A stretch of 64,000 nt of DNA from a virus (taxonomy: Duplodnaviria > Caudoviricetes): positions 22,871 to 86,870 of IMG/VR virus record IMGVR_UViG_3300011008_000038; one strand, 5' to 3'. This document shows positions 19,901 through 28,797 of this stretch, piece by piece. Position numbers and translations under genes: made by a program. The notes beneath the pieces are model-generated. The model saw nothing but the letters and a program-made list of their open reading frames with translations, made no database searches and was not told where the DNA came from. The first letter of the stretch is position 1. Every line of letters begins with the position of its first letter.

Positions 19901-21799
19901 TCCTAGCCAATAAAATTTCTCCATAAATATATCTTGATAATTTCCTCGTTTATCAATTTCATATTTTAAAACATCATCATTCCATGAAGGTGAAGATTTT
20001 TCAATTTCTGTTGATATGTCTAATTCATTAATAGTATCTGAATAAAAGAAAAATGTTTTAAATATTCTATTAACAATTTCTTTAGATTCATCTGATTCTG
20101 TTGGGATATATACATCAGGAAAATGATGTTCTATATTCAATGGATATGGTTTCCAAACCTTATTATCAAAATCATATTCAAATGTCCAGAAATCTGTTGA
20201 TTCTATTGGTCTTCTAAATCTTAATTGATGAGATAATTCTTGTATATTTTCCCATTGAATAAATCTATTTTTAACTTGACCAATTAATTGTGAAATATAA
20301 TATTTATCAACCAATAATCTTGGAATATAAATTATTGGACTAAATTTATGAAAAAAATTTCTATTACTATTTGATTTTGTTAATAACCATTCTGAATTAT
20401 CTTGTTTTATTTCCAATGATTTAATTATTTCTAAATATAAATCAAATAAATCATTATATTCAACATCAAGATCCATTTGATGTTTGTATAAAAAATCATT
20501 GTATAATTCTTTTACAATATTTCCACATGTTTTTAGTATATCACATTGATCAATAAATTCTTCAGATGTATGAGATGATTTTAAAAAGAATCTAAAATTT
20601 TCATAAGAGTTTGCTAATTCAACAGTAGCATCTCTTAATGGTTTCAATTCAATTTCTAATTTATCATACATTTCAATTTCAGGTGAATTGAACGAATCTG
20701 ACAAAACAATTGGTCTTATCATTGTTTTCCATTCAGATTCTACATTTTCATCACCCGATCCAATATCCGCATATACTTGTTTTAATTCTCCTTCAGATGT
20801 TTTTACAAAGAAAGCTTGTTGATTTTTCAATACAGCTACTCGATCCATATTTGATGAATATGATCTATAAATTACATCTGTTGGTAATAGGATTGGATAT
20901 TCGTGAAAATATTTTGGAACAATAATACTCATATATATCCATTCTCGTGGTTCTGAATAAATTATATTCTTATTTCTTTCACTAATATTATCTAAATTGA
21001 TATACCAATTATCATTAACAGATAAAAATTCAATATTCTCTCCTATAACATCTACTGTTTTATTATCATTTCTACCTTCTTGAATCCTATTAAATGTACA
21101 AATAAAATGTTTATCTTTTAATACTCTTTGATCCTCAATATATTCTGCTGGAATTCTCCACTTCCACTGATTTAATACTAATTCATTTGTAATCTTAATT
21201 CTACATTGAGCTATTGTATCAAATTTATAAATATAAATAGGATAATTATTTTTTAACCATCTTTCATTAAATTTAAATTCTAAAATAGTTTCTCTATCAT
21301 CAATTCTAATTTTATATTCAGAATAAATTCGTTGGTTGATGAATAATAAGATAGCAAAATGAAATACATCATAATTATTCAATATTTCAGTAATATCAAT
21401 CCATTTACGAAAATATTGTTTTAATTTAAAATTATTTCTATCTGATACATTTAAAATACTCTCAGTATTAATTCTAACTTGACATGTTGATGTATTTGAT
21501 AATATTGTAACATCACTCATATGTCCAAACCAACTATAGAAATTTACATTAGCATGATTAGAAGCTTTTAATTTATTTGAATTATTAAAATATAATTCAT
21601 TTAGTGATTCATTTAACAATTCTTCATTAAATGAATTATTCAATATAGCTTCATTTCTAATAATTGATGATCTACTACCATCGCTATCGGGTAAAACATA
21701 TCCTTCTTTAGTTAAATTATCTTTATAATCATTAACATCTGATGTATTTGGAAAATCATCATGATGATTATTATTATCATTGGGAAACATTGTTTTCAT
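13979..21799 (-). CDS. very large virion structural protein, probably baseplate/tail (2606 aa)
   Basis: Uninterrupted 7.8-kb ORF with repeated IxxxGxGY motifs (IVSGGVLH, IGNSGSGY, IIDPGAGY) typical of baseplate-wedge-like proteins. Confidence 0.6.
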   Translation of the reverse strand: MKTMFPNDNNNHHDDFPNTSDVNDYKDNLTKEGYVLPDSDGSRSSIIRNEAILNNSFNEELLNESLNELYFNNSNKLKASNHANVNFYSWFGHMSDVTILSNTSTCQVRINTESILNVSDRNNFKLKQYFRKWIDITEILNNYDVFHFAILLFINQRIYSEYKIRIDDRETILEFKFNERWLKNNYPIYIYKFDTIAQCRIKITNELVLNQWKWRIPAEYIEDQRVLKDKHFICTFNRIQEGRNDNKTVDVIGENIEFLSVNDNWYINLDNISERNKNIIYSEPREWIYMSIIVPKYFHEYPILLPTDVIYRSYSSNMDRVAVLKNQQAFFVKTSEGELKQVYADIGSGDENVESEWKTMIRPIVLSDSFNSPEIEMYDKLEIELKPLRDATVELANSYENFRFFLKSSHTSEEFIDQCDILKTCGNIVKELYNDFLYKHQMDLDVEYNDLFDLYLEIIKSLEIKQDNSEWLLTKSNSNRNFFHKFSPIIYIPRLLVDKYYISQLIGQVKNRFIQWENIQELSHQLRFRRPIESTDFWTFEYDFDNKVWKPYPLNIEHHFPDVYIPTESDESKEIVNRIFKTFFFYSDTINELDISTEIEKSSPSWNDDVLKYEIDKRGNYQDIFMEKFYWLGVRSIYKGILNTKYRWEAIEYIIDNKSYNRFNQLFIQSSDPYFKMGLATYLKSSNNEFPFDYSVDKMNEAINSNFMNYKKITAYENYLYKTWSPQYFDSEFTLQDTNKIIEENVLYRPDYSFDIERIIPIIFNLQNDIKNHIGNLEIDVDWILNNLLIEDYDLIIEFYTRLKNNLSIIQSNSDKLLNDINKLDLAIYGHEEINSLINSIKIHEALVNDINTLLSDIHNDSVSKDVCENKKDIQDRLQIALENKVSYEVDNICSIMNNFDIDNFMRIMNELSVYKVYNKETGENDISLIGYINQFENSWGHDVKEKRTKLFKSTSLLHAKFDPDKSYTEEEINDFIDTVSEVKNDLNNLSKEINKYWIYFDQKEDKDLLTKLDNAYDVINLLQFNIERYMEARIKLIDSFNLVYSILEEFESLYLGNTEKEFDNNIRNYIDKILYYVSYIAGKNNSVRSNSELLNAISESNKWKEFINHEFEVFDRIYSISNDTNVFVTYVIPYHDILISLANYLNRVNEEFFEVNTHPNYSDFYKINDIEIVSGGVLHKFGDELFIPNLGFYRITEVSDNIQRATTIESLNYYNWQLLNPKDNLNLFEGITNGDGIGILVKPLSVEHIYYTDDSLAKSYISEIINILNQIGKNLSNPNRYNNKHLESILNSISVIKNKWDIIKEKCVNHIQQDTVDYVDTLFRSLERINRLCNTYIDIRNNIDVDSIITNIESLVTDSYEYAKTNNKTTVEYNFYHERFLNNYSNLSNFYNNGTDWSNGEELISILKDITYELRIYYNWDIEDLHKDEFDNLFNSIINSIEYVINNIPLLSKEYNPILNQIDKINRDIEKNSDLFELLNPYYYIKSSTIGNSGSGYKIGDIVQLDYENDIILYQVRKIDTNGEVISVAPIMNYALPNQLSGSYKTIARVGNGKKLMVNISSSKITSSLFTLLWDESSDEYINDQYNESDLVRFDLNNTYDLNTSYEVFIGGKQTSDFIIRHADNKDKIYIKANKIMNIKNNSIYIPGKDYFIYKINDFTIIDPGAGYSTGQDIFIDGSESYVKAIVSELDSTPFKGIKSLDTDDTSIVVEKTNPAIIAGSVIKDSVNNIDDEYNNGYYDKLTSDGIAKYAINGPDKEEYTYIAKRYDDLAIGDRNKSFIYPTIDWNKSIGDPTFHWLIGSSYDKGHEYNRIENVIEPIDGIIPYEDRIPNNQSFKNEFQFLKRERICNNGSNMNGYVFDKLPYDTDEWEDGNINDWIIIENDPNYDGHRTAYRIKTFSGSNRYIYDDPIIVDNEWNKFHVDFYDTNSYIHQIKLSDLSVYNYTLKRWENLSDTNIWTLETFDYGFDLLYHNDEIHNYDMRLYLNKSAYSQMKNENLKRNATISIKSSIIDKVITDPINISINTNNKVKIRKLLPFEQRETFILGNDYGYEINFKLANYMHYRNEIHLEDIKIFNKSANRFEDLSDTTKFEIRFKDDKATNRGFETQTKIVNCAIAKTGDEFVNGNVWCYNQFYDTHVFGIVTADMSNNGSGILTFKPLHFVNPPKENITLQFECYQRDSQSQKQCARINIEFVTEKIEVYGDGYIHNVTNKLAPVPEEIKIVCLYDLYEPIEYEVIISKTSRVYTFIDDHWIMSPTIHIDDYQIPSDRIYLMTEQGRYPLVNPSTGKPSLLVNETESGTDITFLNLYKAFDKLEFHVVPYPMRSVYTQHLVPSNGYIDLTGKLNKPLNKKYYEFWMNGRLLDNEVTIITPTKLILHGLQSLRNFEIVEINRDSNEYFSDNFLEVEFTKYDRPHLRYNLTTYLDDALTGNLEGDNYTLEEQEYLLTPVWKQVSVDNEEFKQYPINTNNETDILTRVEETDTLDQITEATYQYLIINTPTLEAKPFADRNMTFSQFGFKPITDEMIVDMLNEVWNEEIENNVIGERSVIGNNEWYGYVVRMFNEYGEFVTNISEAAYFITDSNYLRIDNVEKNARIIIREKEYDLD

Positions 21800-21909
21800 A
21801 TAATTATCATTCCCTTCGAGAAAATTGAAATAAATTAAGTCAAATATTATCTATTTCGTTGAAAATGTTACCTTTCTTTAATATTAAGATATATATAATT
21901 TTTTAAATA

Positions 21910-22824
21910 TTGGAGGTTATTGAAATGAATGTTGAAATAATTAATAATATACAAAAGAAAATAGATTCATTGGAATCATCATTCGAGAATATGAATAAAA
22001 AATTAAATGCTTTATTAATTGATAATCAATCACTTGTTAAGAGAAATAATTTGATAAAACCATCAATAGCTACAAAGATTTCATATGACGGAAATGGATT
22101 AATATTAAAAGGTGAAGATTTAGAGGAATCTGATATTCCAACATTATCAATTGATAAGATAAAAGGATTAAGAAGAAAATTAAATAAAAAAATTAATAAA
22201 TCAGAAATAAATAATTTATTAGTTAATGAAGATAGAGAATTAAAGAAAACTGATATAATTGGTACTGGATGTAAAGTAAATTATGATAGGAATGGATTAA
22301 TAATAAATACATCGAATTTATTACAAGAAGATATTCCAGAATTATCAATTGATAAAATTATTGGATTATCAAAAGAATTAGATTATATTAAATCATTAAT
22401 TAATAATGCTACTGAAGAAAATAAATCAAATGATAAAATTATTGATAATAATATTATACAATTCAATGATAATAAAAAATTAACAGAAAATGATATTCCA
22501 ATATCAATAATAAATAGATTGAATAAGTTAGAAGCAAATTTTATAAAATTTGCTTCTAAACAAATATCATCAGATAAATTAATTAAACTAATAGAGAATA
22601 TTAAATCAGAAAAAGATAATAATGATAATATTATAAATACTATTAGTAAAAAAGAATCATCTAAAAATAATGATAATGAAAATATTTTAAATAGAATAAA
22701 TTCATTAGAATTATCAATGCAAAAAATATTAAATCAATTTCATAAAATTTCTGAATTATTAAAATTAAATAAGAGATTAGAATCTATAGAAAATAGATTA
22801 ACTAAATTAGAAAATAATAAATAA
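21910..22824 (+). CDS. tail-fibre-repeat / coiled-coil protein
   Basis: Two copies of K[IV]xYDxNGLI..xL..xDIPxLSIDKIxGL plus heptad-rich termini. Confidence 0.55.
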   Translation: MEVIEMNVEIINNIQKKIDSLESSFENMNKKLNALLIDNQSLVKRNNLIKPSIATKISYDGNGLILKGEDLEESDIPTLSIDKIKGLRRKLNKKINKSEINNLLVNEDRELKKTDIIGTGCKVNYDRNGLIINTSNLLQEDIPELSIDKIIGLSKELDYIKSLINNATEENKSNDKIIDNNIIQFNDNKKLTENDIPISIINRLNKLEANFIKFASKQISSDKLIKLIENIKSEKDNNDNIINTISKKESSKNNDNENILNRINSLELSMQKILNQFHKISELLKLNKRLESIENRLTKLENNK

Positions 22825-22876
22825 TTTTTATTTTTTCAAAATTAAAAAATTGAACAATATCCCGAAGAATTATTTT

Positions 22877-22981
22877 TACAAATAATTTGTATATCATATA
22901 AATATGATATACAAATAGTATATCATATTATACAAATTACTACAATGTAATTTGTATAATTTTTACAAATATATATTTGTA
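22877..22981. repeat. array of seven TACAAAT/ATTTGTA heptamers in inverted pairs
   Basis: TACAAAT at 22877, 22910, 22931, 22964; ATTTGTA at 22885, 22950, 22975. Confidence 0.75.
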
Positions 22982-23080
22982 AAAATATATCATTGAAATT
23001 TTGACTTTCTGCAAAATTGAAAATAAAAATATTATTAATTATATACATAATATTATAAGCAAAAAATAAAATAATAAAAA

Positions 23081-23120
23081 ATATTGATATGTATCGGAAC
23101 GTTCCGATACATATCAATAT
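23081..23120. repeat. perfect 40-bp palindrome at the end of the helicase gene
   Basis: ATATTGATATGTATCGGAAC-GTTCCGATACATATCAATAT. Confidence 0.9.
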
Positions 23121-24545
23121 TTACATATTTAAATAAATTACTTCTTTAACCAATGTTTTTATTTTTTTAAATCTAGATTTAAAATACCAATTCACAGGAG
23201 GAATACAAACATCAATAATATCAAAGAAATATGTATCTTTATCGGAAGCATACTCTCTAAGTCTACCAATCATTTGTTGTGCTAATACTTTAGATGCTAT
23301 TGGTATTCCAAGTATAACGCATCTTAATCCTTTGATATCTGTACCTGTACCTAAACTTTTTTCAGTAGATACAATTATATCTTTTTTCTTAGTAGATTCT
23401 TTTTCTTCTTTATCAATTTTAGAATGATATGCTCCAATAGATTTATTTGTTATATCTTTTTTTAACTTATCACATACTTCTTCAACAGAATCTATTGTTG
23501 GTACAAATATCAATATCTTGCCATCTAAATTTTCAACTTTCTTTATTATTTCAAGCATTGTGTTATACATGGTTTGATTTTGATCATTGTGATATGCATA
23601 CTTAGCATATTTTGGAGTTGTGAATCCTGGAAAAGCTAATAACTTAGCTCTACTTTTCATACTAATATTACTATTAACATTTACTACGTAATATTGCACA
23701 TGCTTTCTTTGTATTTTAATAGATTCATTTTCTCCAAATGTATCTATCATTTGAAAACATTTTTTAAAACAAGCTGATTCTGTTTTATCTGATCTATCAA
23801 AAGTTGCCGTAATATAAAATGTCTTCTTTGTATTTGAATAAAAATCAATTAGTAAAATATTTGCAAAATTTAAATGTGCTTCATCGTAAACTTTAATTCC
23901 TACTCTTAATTTCTTAATGAACTCATGAAATTGATATCCTCCAACCTGCATAAGATAACTATGTAATGTTCCATGATTCACTATAAAAATATCTGTATTT
24001 TCAATATTTATAGAATCATCCATTATTTGATTTATTATATTACTACCAGTTATATTAATAATATGCTTAGGTTTATAATCAAACATGTTTGTTAGCGTTT
24101 TCAACCATTGTGTTTTGATAATATCAGTTGGAACAATGATCAAAGTTTTAATATTTTGATTTGTTATTGCAAGTGATACACAAACAGTTTTGCCTATTCC
24201 AGTAGCTAGATTGAGAGATAATTGATTAGAATCTTTATTTAAAAAATTAATTGCTCTTTCTTGTAATTCATTTCTAGCTTCAACAAATGCTTCATGTTCT
24301 TCACTCATTTCATCAAATGGATCTGAAAATCTTTTATATGTGGCTTTTTCTGATAATAAATTTTCCAATTTACCAATATTCATTCCTGCTGGTAAATATA
24401 ACTTATTATTCTCAATCATATATCCGCAAGCATATGTTTTATCTGCAAATTTATCAATAGCAGTAAACATATCTTCTATCAATGGAATATCTCCTTTTAT
24501 ATATGGATATACTTCAATATGAGTATTATAAACATCAATATTCAA
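23121..24545 (-). CDS. uvsW: SF2 DNA helicase, UvsW-like
   Basis: LATGIGKT (motif I), VYDEAH (II), ITAT (III), STEKSLGTGTD (V), QQMIGRLR (VI). Confidence 0.85.
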   Translation of the reverse strand: MNIDVYNTHIEVYPYIKGDIPLIEDMFTAIDKFADKTYACGYMIENNKLYLPAGMNIGKLENLLSEKATYKRFSDPFDEMSEEHEAFVEARNELQERAINFLNKDSNQLSLNLATGIGKTVCVSLAITNQNIKTLIIVPTDIIKTQWLKTLTNMFDYKPKHIINITGSNIINQIMDDSINIENTDIFIVNHGTLHSYLMQVGGYQFHEFIKKLRVGIKVYDEAHLNFANILLIDFYSNTKKTFYITATFDRSDKTESACFKKCFQMIDTFGENESIKIQRKHVQYYVVNVNSNISMKSRAKLLAFPGFTTPKYAKYAYHNDQNQTMYNTMLEIIKKVENLDGKILIFVPTIDSVEEVCDKLKKDITNKSIGAYHSKIDKEEKESTKKKDIIVSTEKSLGTGTDIKGLRCVILGIPIASKVLAQQMIGRLREYASDKDTYFFDIIDVCIPPVNWYFKSRFKKIKTLVKEVIYLNM

Positions 24546-24615
24546 AATTTAATCTCACTCCTTGATAAAAAATTAATAGATAACCTTATAACAGGTTATC
24601 TATTAATTTAAGTAT

Positions 24616-25116
24616 TTAAAGAATATGATATATTTGCATTATCGTAAAATTTGTATTTGGTATTACGTTGGTAAATATTTTTTTAATGAAGAATAATGGA
24701 TCAATACCATATTTTATCATATAATAGAAATTATTAAATTCTTTCTTTAATAATCTCAACGGCATGATTTTTTTATTAATTTCAGTTTGATAATTAAATC
24801 CTTCAAGATCTATTTTTATATTGAAACCAGATTCAACTTCAGAATCATTTAATTGTATCCAATTATTTTCATTAATTGATAAAATATGTGGTAATAAACT
24901 TTTTATTCTTTCATTATTAGAGAATTCATATTTTTCCGGAATAACATATGGTGCCAAATCTTGATCTGGAATTATTATTACATATGAAGAATACTTTTTT
25001 CTTCGTCCGAAAATAAATCCATCCATATATTCCAGTCCAGTAAATTTACATCTTTCAACAACGTAGTTGAAATATTCGACTGCGTCTTGAATAGTAGGTT
25101 CTTTCTTTTTTCCCAT
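24616..25116 (-). CDS. hypothetical protein
   Basis: ORF with SD GGAGGAG; overlaps the 3' end of the HD gene. Confidence 0.65.
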   Translation of the reverse strand: MGKKKEPTIQDAVEYFNYVVERCKFTGLEYMDGFIFGRRKKYSSYVIIIPDQDLAPYVIPEKYEFSNNERIKSLLPHILSINENNWIQLNDSEVESGFNIKIDLEGFNYQTEINKKIMPLRLLKKEFNNFYYMIKYGIDPLFFIKKIFTNVIPNTNFTIMQIYHIL

Positions 25117-25805
25117 ATTTTTTTCTCCTCCAATTTTATATTGATATCTGTATCATATAATTTTCGATAATATTCTTCAGCTTGAATTGAATATTTATTT
25201 TTGTATTTCATTCCATCTAATAATCTAGTATAATATAATCCTTTATTATAATTTAATTCATCACCATTATCACCAAATACAATTTTATCCAGATCACACC
25301 ATGTTTCAATTCCATTTGTAATTCTCCAATAATTTGATGATAATTTATCACATAACATTGTAATATTAACATATTCTCTCGTATCTGCAGACAATATCTT
25401 TTCCATTATTTCAATGATTGGTATTGAATGAAACAATACAGAATACAATATTTTTCCATCTATAACATTGAATGGATAATTTGATAAAAATTCTGCACTT
25501 CGATATGCATGTGTTGAAAGTGAGTTATACATTGAATCTGACAAGAAAAATCGTTTTCTGTTAGATGTATTCTTTTGATAAAATGTAGAAAATTTACTTT
25601 CTCTATCCTTTAATAAATCATGACTCCATGCGATTAGTGGAAATAATTCTTTATCAAATTTAAATTTATCATATTTATCTGCAATTATGTTCATGTATTT
25701 TTCCATTACAAAACAATGCCACATGTGATATCCAAATTCTTTTTCATTCATATGCAATAATATATTCAAATTGATTAATGTTTTTAATAAATAAAGGTTA
25801 TTCAT
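24978..25805 (-). CDS. HD-domain phosphohydrolase, YqeK-like
   Basis: H(MWH)...IAWSHDLLK...HAYRSAEFL...ILYSVLFHS...MLCDKL follows the YqeK H/HD/H/H/D pattern. Confidence 0.7.
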   Translation of the reverse strand: MNNLYLLKTLINLNILLHMNEKEFGYHMWHCFVMEKYMNIIADKYDKFKFDKELFPLIAWSHDLLKDRESKFSTFYQKNTSNRKRFFLSDSMYNSLSTHAYRSAEFLSNYPFNVIDGKILYSVLFHSIPIIEIMEKILSADTREYVNITMLCDKLSSNYWRITNGIETWCDLDKIVFGDNGDELNYNKGLYYTRLLDGMKYKNKYSIQAEEYYRKLYDTDINIKLEEKKIWEKRKNLLFKTQSNISTTLLKDVNLLDWNIWMDLFSDEEKSILHM

Positions 25806-25908
25806 GATAAATTAGTTAACCCTCCTATATATAGTTATATATTAATAATATATAATTATGAAATGATATATTATTTATAATATAATAAAGAAATGGAGAT
25901 ATTTATTC

Positions 25909-26562
25909 ATGTTTAAAAACAAATTCATTTTTGTTAAGCTAGCAATATTCATTAAATTATTGCTATTATTTGTGTTATGTTCAGATTCACAAGCTATTGA
26001 ATTCAAACGATCTGAAATTAGACAATATGTTGGAAGTGATATAATTATATTGAATAATTACACACTTAAAAGATATTCGACACCTGATGAATATTATAAA
26101 AATTTAGATTATTATTCTTTTCTGGCATATATGAGTTATAAAAGTATTAAACTTAGAAATAGTCCAGCTTATAAAATAACTCATTCTAATTTAGCATACA
26201 CAGATACAAATGGATATCGTAGATATAAAATTGATATAAATAAATTTTCAATAAATAATCAAGATGATTATATTGTTGCGATTGGGAATTATTATAAAAC
26301 ACAAGGATCTGCTGGTGATAGATTTTTAATTGTAACTGATAAAGCTATGTATACAATCATAGTTGGTGATGAAAAGAGTGATTATCACACAGATAAACTT
26401 CATATGGTAGAAATGAGAAAAAATAATAGAGGTAATATGATAGAATTTATTGCTGATATAAAAAGGCTAGAAAAAAGAGTTAAAAGAATGGGATCTGTAA
26501 CTGCTAGTAAAAATGAAATAATTAATGGTAGAATTACACATATTTACAAAATAATTGAATAA
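25909..26562 (+). CDS. secreted or membrane-anchored protein with putative 3D/DPBB (cell-wall-active) domain
   Basis: Signal-peptide-like N-terminus; GYRRY..YIVAIGNYY..GDRFLI..IVGDEKSD.HTD..IEFIAD. Confidence 0.45.
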   Translation: MFKNKFIFVKLAIFIKLLLLFVLCSDSQAIEFKRSEIRQYVGSDIIILNNYTLKRYSTPDEYYKNLDYYSFLAYMSYKSIKLRNSPAYKITHSNLAYTDTNGYRRYKIDINKFSINNQDDYIVAIGNYYKTQGSAGDRFLIVTDKAMYTIIVGDEKSDYHTDKLHMVEMRKNNRGNMIEFIADIKRLEKRVKRMGSVTASKNEIINGRITHIYKIIE

Positions 26563-26601
26563 TATTAATAGGCTCTCTTTAAAAGAGAGCCTATTATCTT
26601 T

Positions 26602-27681
26602 TTATATCAACATTGGCAAATTAATTGGAAAATCATAAAATCTTCTTGTATTTAATTCTTCCAAAGATTTCATATCAAATTTATCAACAATTTGATTTTT
26701 AATATTTTCTATATTTGCATCATTCATTAAATTATATTGAGTAACTATATCTGTACATTGAAATGATTCTTTAATGTTATCAGCATATTTATCTGGAAAT
26801 ATTTCAATAATACTATCTATTGATTTAAAATCATTTAATAAAATATTATTATTCTTTCCATAGTTAATACAATCTAATAGTTTTTCAATCGCAAAACCTC
26901 TAGGAGATTTTATATTACGAATTTTACTTCCTTTAATTGATAATAATAATTTATAATATAATTCATTACTAAATATTGATAATTCGAATGGTGATTTATT
27001 TTTTATTATACTATAAACTATTTCATCGGGTGATATTAATATTAAAGAATTTCCAAATCTTCTGTTAATATATAGAGTATTAAAATTCCCCTGGAACATA
27101 TAAAGTGAATCAAATATGTCTCCCGAAAGAATTATATTTTTATTATCAGAAAATGTACTGATTGTATATGGAATTATACTACTATCAAACATATCAGATT
27201 CGATAAAATAACAATCAGGAACGTATGATAATATTAATTTTAATTCTTTAATAATTATAGATTGTAGTATATCGCCAAGTTCTTTAAACGCAGCATTTTT
27301 TGTGTAAAGATTTTTATAATAATCGCGATATTGATTATTATAAATTTTCATTTCTTGTGGAAAATTCTTTAATGATGTATAATATAAATAAATCTTTGTT
27401 TTGATATTATCTTTTTTGAAATAAGCTTTATAATGTGCAATTAAATTTAATACACATGATTCTATTTCCAGAACCATATTTTGTTTATACAATGTAACTA
27501 TTGTAGATAAGTTTTTCTGCAAAGTTAAATTTTTCATTATACATTCAAAATTGATATATATGTTTATAGTATCATTTGAATAATATTGAAAATTTTGTTT
27601 ATTTAAATAATTTTTAAATTCAACCCATTTTAGCATATATATGCCAGCACAAATACCTATTCCTGGGATATATTTTTCCAT
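26602..27681 (-). CDS. 5'-3' exonuclease / T4 RNase H (FEN-like) family protein
   Basis: IILSGDIFD motif, helix-turn-helix-like KGSKIRNIKSPRGF segment; position next to primase. Confidence 0.5.
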   Translation of the reverse strand: MEKYIPGIGICAGIYMLKWVEFKNYLNKQNFQYYSNDTINIYINFECIMKNLTLQKNLSTIVTLYKQNMVLEIESCVLNLIAHYKAYFKKDNIKTKIYLYYTSLKNFPQEMKIYNNQYRDYYKNLYTKNAAFKELGDILQSIIIKELKLILSYVPDCYFIESDMFDSSIIPYTISTFSDNKNIILSGDIFDSLYMFQGNFNTLYINRRFGNSLILISPDEIVYSIIKNKSPFELSIFSNELYYKLLLSIKGSKIRNIKSPRGFAIEKLLDCINYGKNNNILLNDFKSIDSIIEIFPDKYADNIKESFQCTDIVTQYNLMNDANIENIKNQIVDKFDMKSLEELNTRRFYDFPINLPMLI

Positions 27682-27698
27682 AATATATTTTTCACTTC

Positions 27699-28658
27699 CT
27701 ATATTCGTATTTTTACAATATTAATATTATCGATTGTAACTCCCACATCTTTTGATAATGAATTCTTACAAATATAAATATTTTTAAATAACCATTTATA
27801 ATCTTTTAATTTTAGTTTTAAAAACTTTTCATTTATATTAGAATCAATATAAATATTGACACTAACATTATTTCCAGCAATTCCTTTGGCTATAGCATAT
27901 TCAATTCCACTAATATAATTAGATCCTAAAGTTGCAATATATACACTATTTTCTTCTCTGAAATTTTTATATATTGATATAACATCAAATATTCCTTCAG
28001 CAATATTTAATATTATATCATCAAATAAATTAACAGTAGTTTTTATTGTGTATAATGATTGAGTATCATTTTCAAATAATTTTAATTTTCTCCATCTGTA
28101 TTTGTAATCATCTGAAAATGATCTATTTAATAATAATGAATTATCATCAGATAAGAATGATATGCTATTATCATTATTTGGTAATATATTTCTAATATTT
28201 GGATCTGTTATTGAATCTTTTATGATATTCATATCACAAATGATTCTAAATAATAAAAAATCATCTACATTTAGACCAGATCCTAATCGATAATTAATAT
28301 AATCAATTTGTCGTTGAATTAAACTAATATCACCTAATTCAATATTTTTATTATTCTTCAATGACATTAATCGATTATATTTTTGATTTTCTAAAACTGT
28401 ATCAAATTTATCACGAATACCTAATTTGTTTAAAAAGAACTTGTTAACTGTACCTTTACTATTACATAGAAAACAATTATACAAAATAGGTTCTGATAAA
28501 TTATTTGAACATTTTAGATAGCAATGAGCATCTTTTAAATTTTTGGAAGAGTCACCACAAATTGGACATCTAATTCTGTATTCTTCTGAATTAATTTTTC
28601 TGAATACATCTGAATGAGATTGAATCTCATTTAACATTTCAAATTTAACATTATTCAT
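27699..28658 (-). CDS. DNA primase, T4 gp61-like
   Basis: CPICGD...CFLC zinc finger; TOPRIM IAEGIFD, IATLG, IYID, KDVG. Confidence 0.75.
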   Translation of the reverse strand: MNNVKFEMLNEIQSHSDVFRKINSEEYRIRCPICGDSSKNLKDAHCYLKCSNNLSEPILYNCFLCNSKGTVNKFFLNKLGIRDKFDTVLENQKYNRLMSLKNNKNIELGDISLIQRQIDYINYRLGSGLNVDDFLLFRIICDMNIIKDSITDPNIRNILPNNDNSISFLSDDNSLLLNRSFSDDYKYRWRKLKLFENDTQSLYTIKTTVNLFDDIILNIAEGIFDVISIYKNFREENSVYIATLGSNYISGIEYAIAKGIAGNNVSVNIYIDSNINEKFLKLKLKDYKWLFKNIYICKNSLSKDVGVTIDNINIVKIRI

Positions 28659-28797
28659 TTTTATTATTTAACAAAATTCCTTTCATTATGATTATAAATA
28701 TATAATATATAATTTTATAATGATATATTCTTATAGAGTATAATGAAGTTTCTTATACAATAATTATTTAAAAACTATTTAGGAGGATTTTAATATT

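Noticed and set aside
22923-23117. 64-aa minus-strand ORF
   Set aside because: No SD, low-complexity AT-rich translation, lies over repeats and a palindrome
27699-28658. Primase called inactive because the TOPRIM DxD reads DSN
   Set aside because: T4-like primases vary at this position and the EGxxD motif and Zn finger are intact; evidence insufficient
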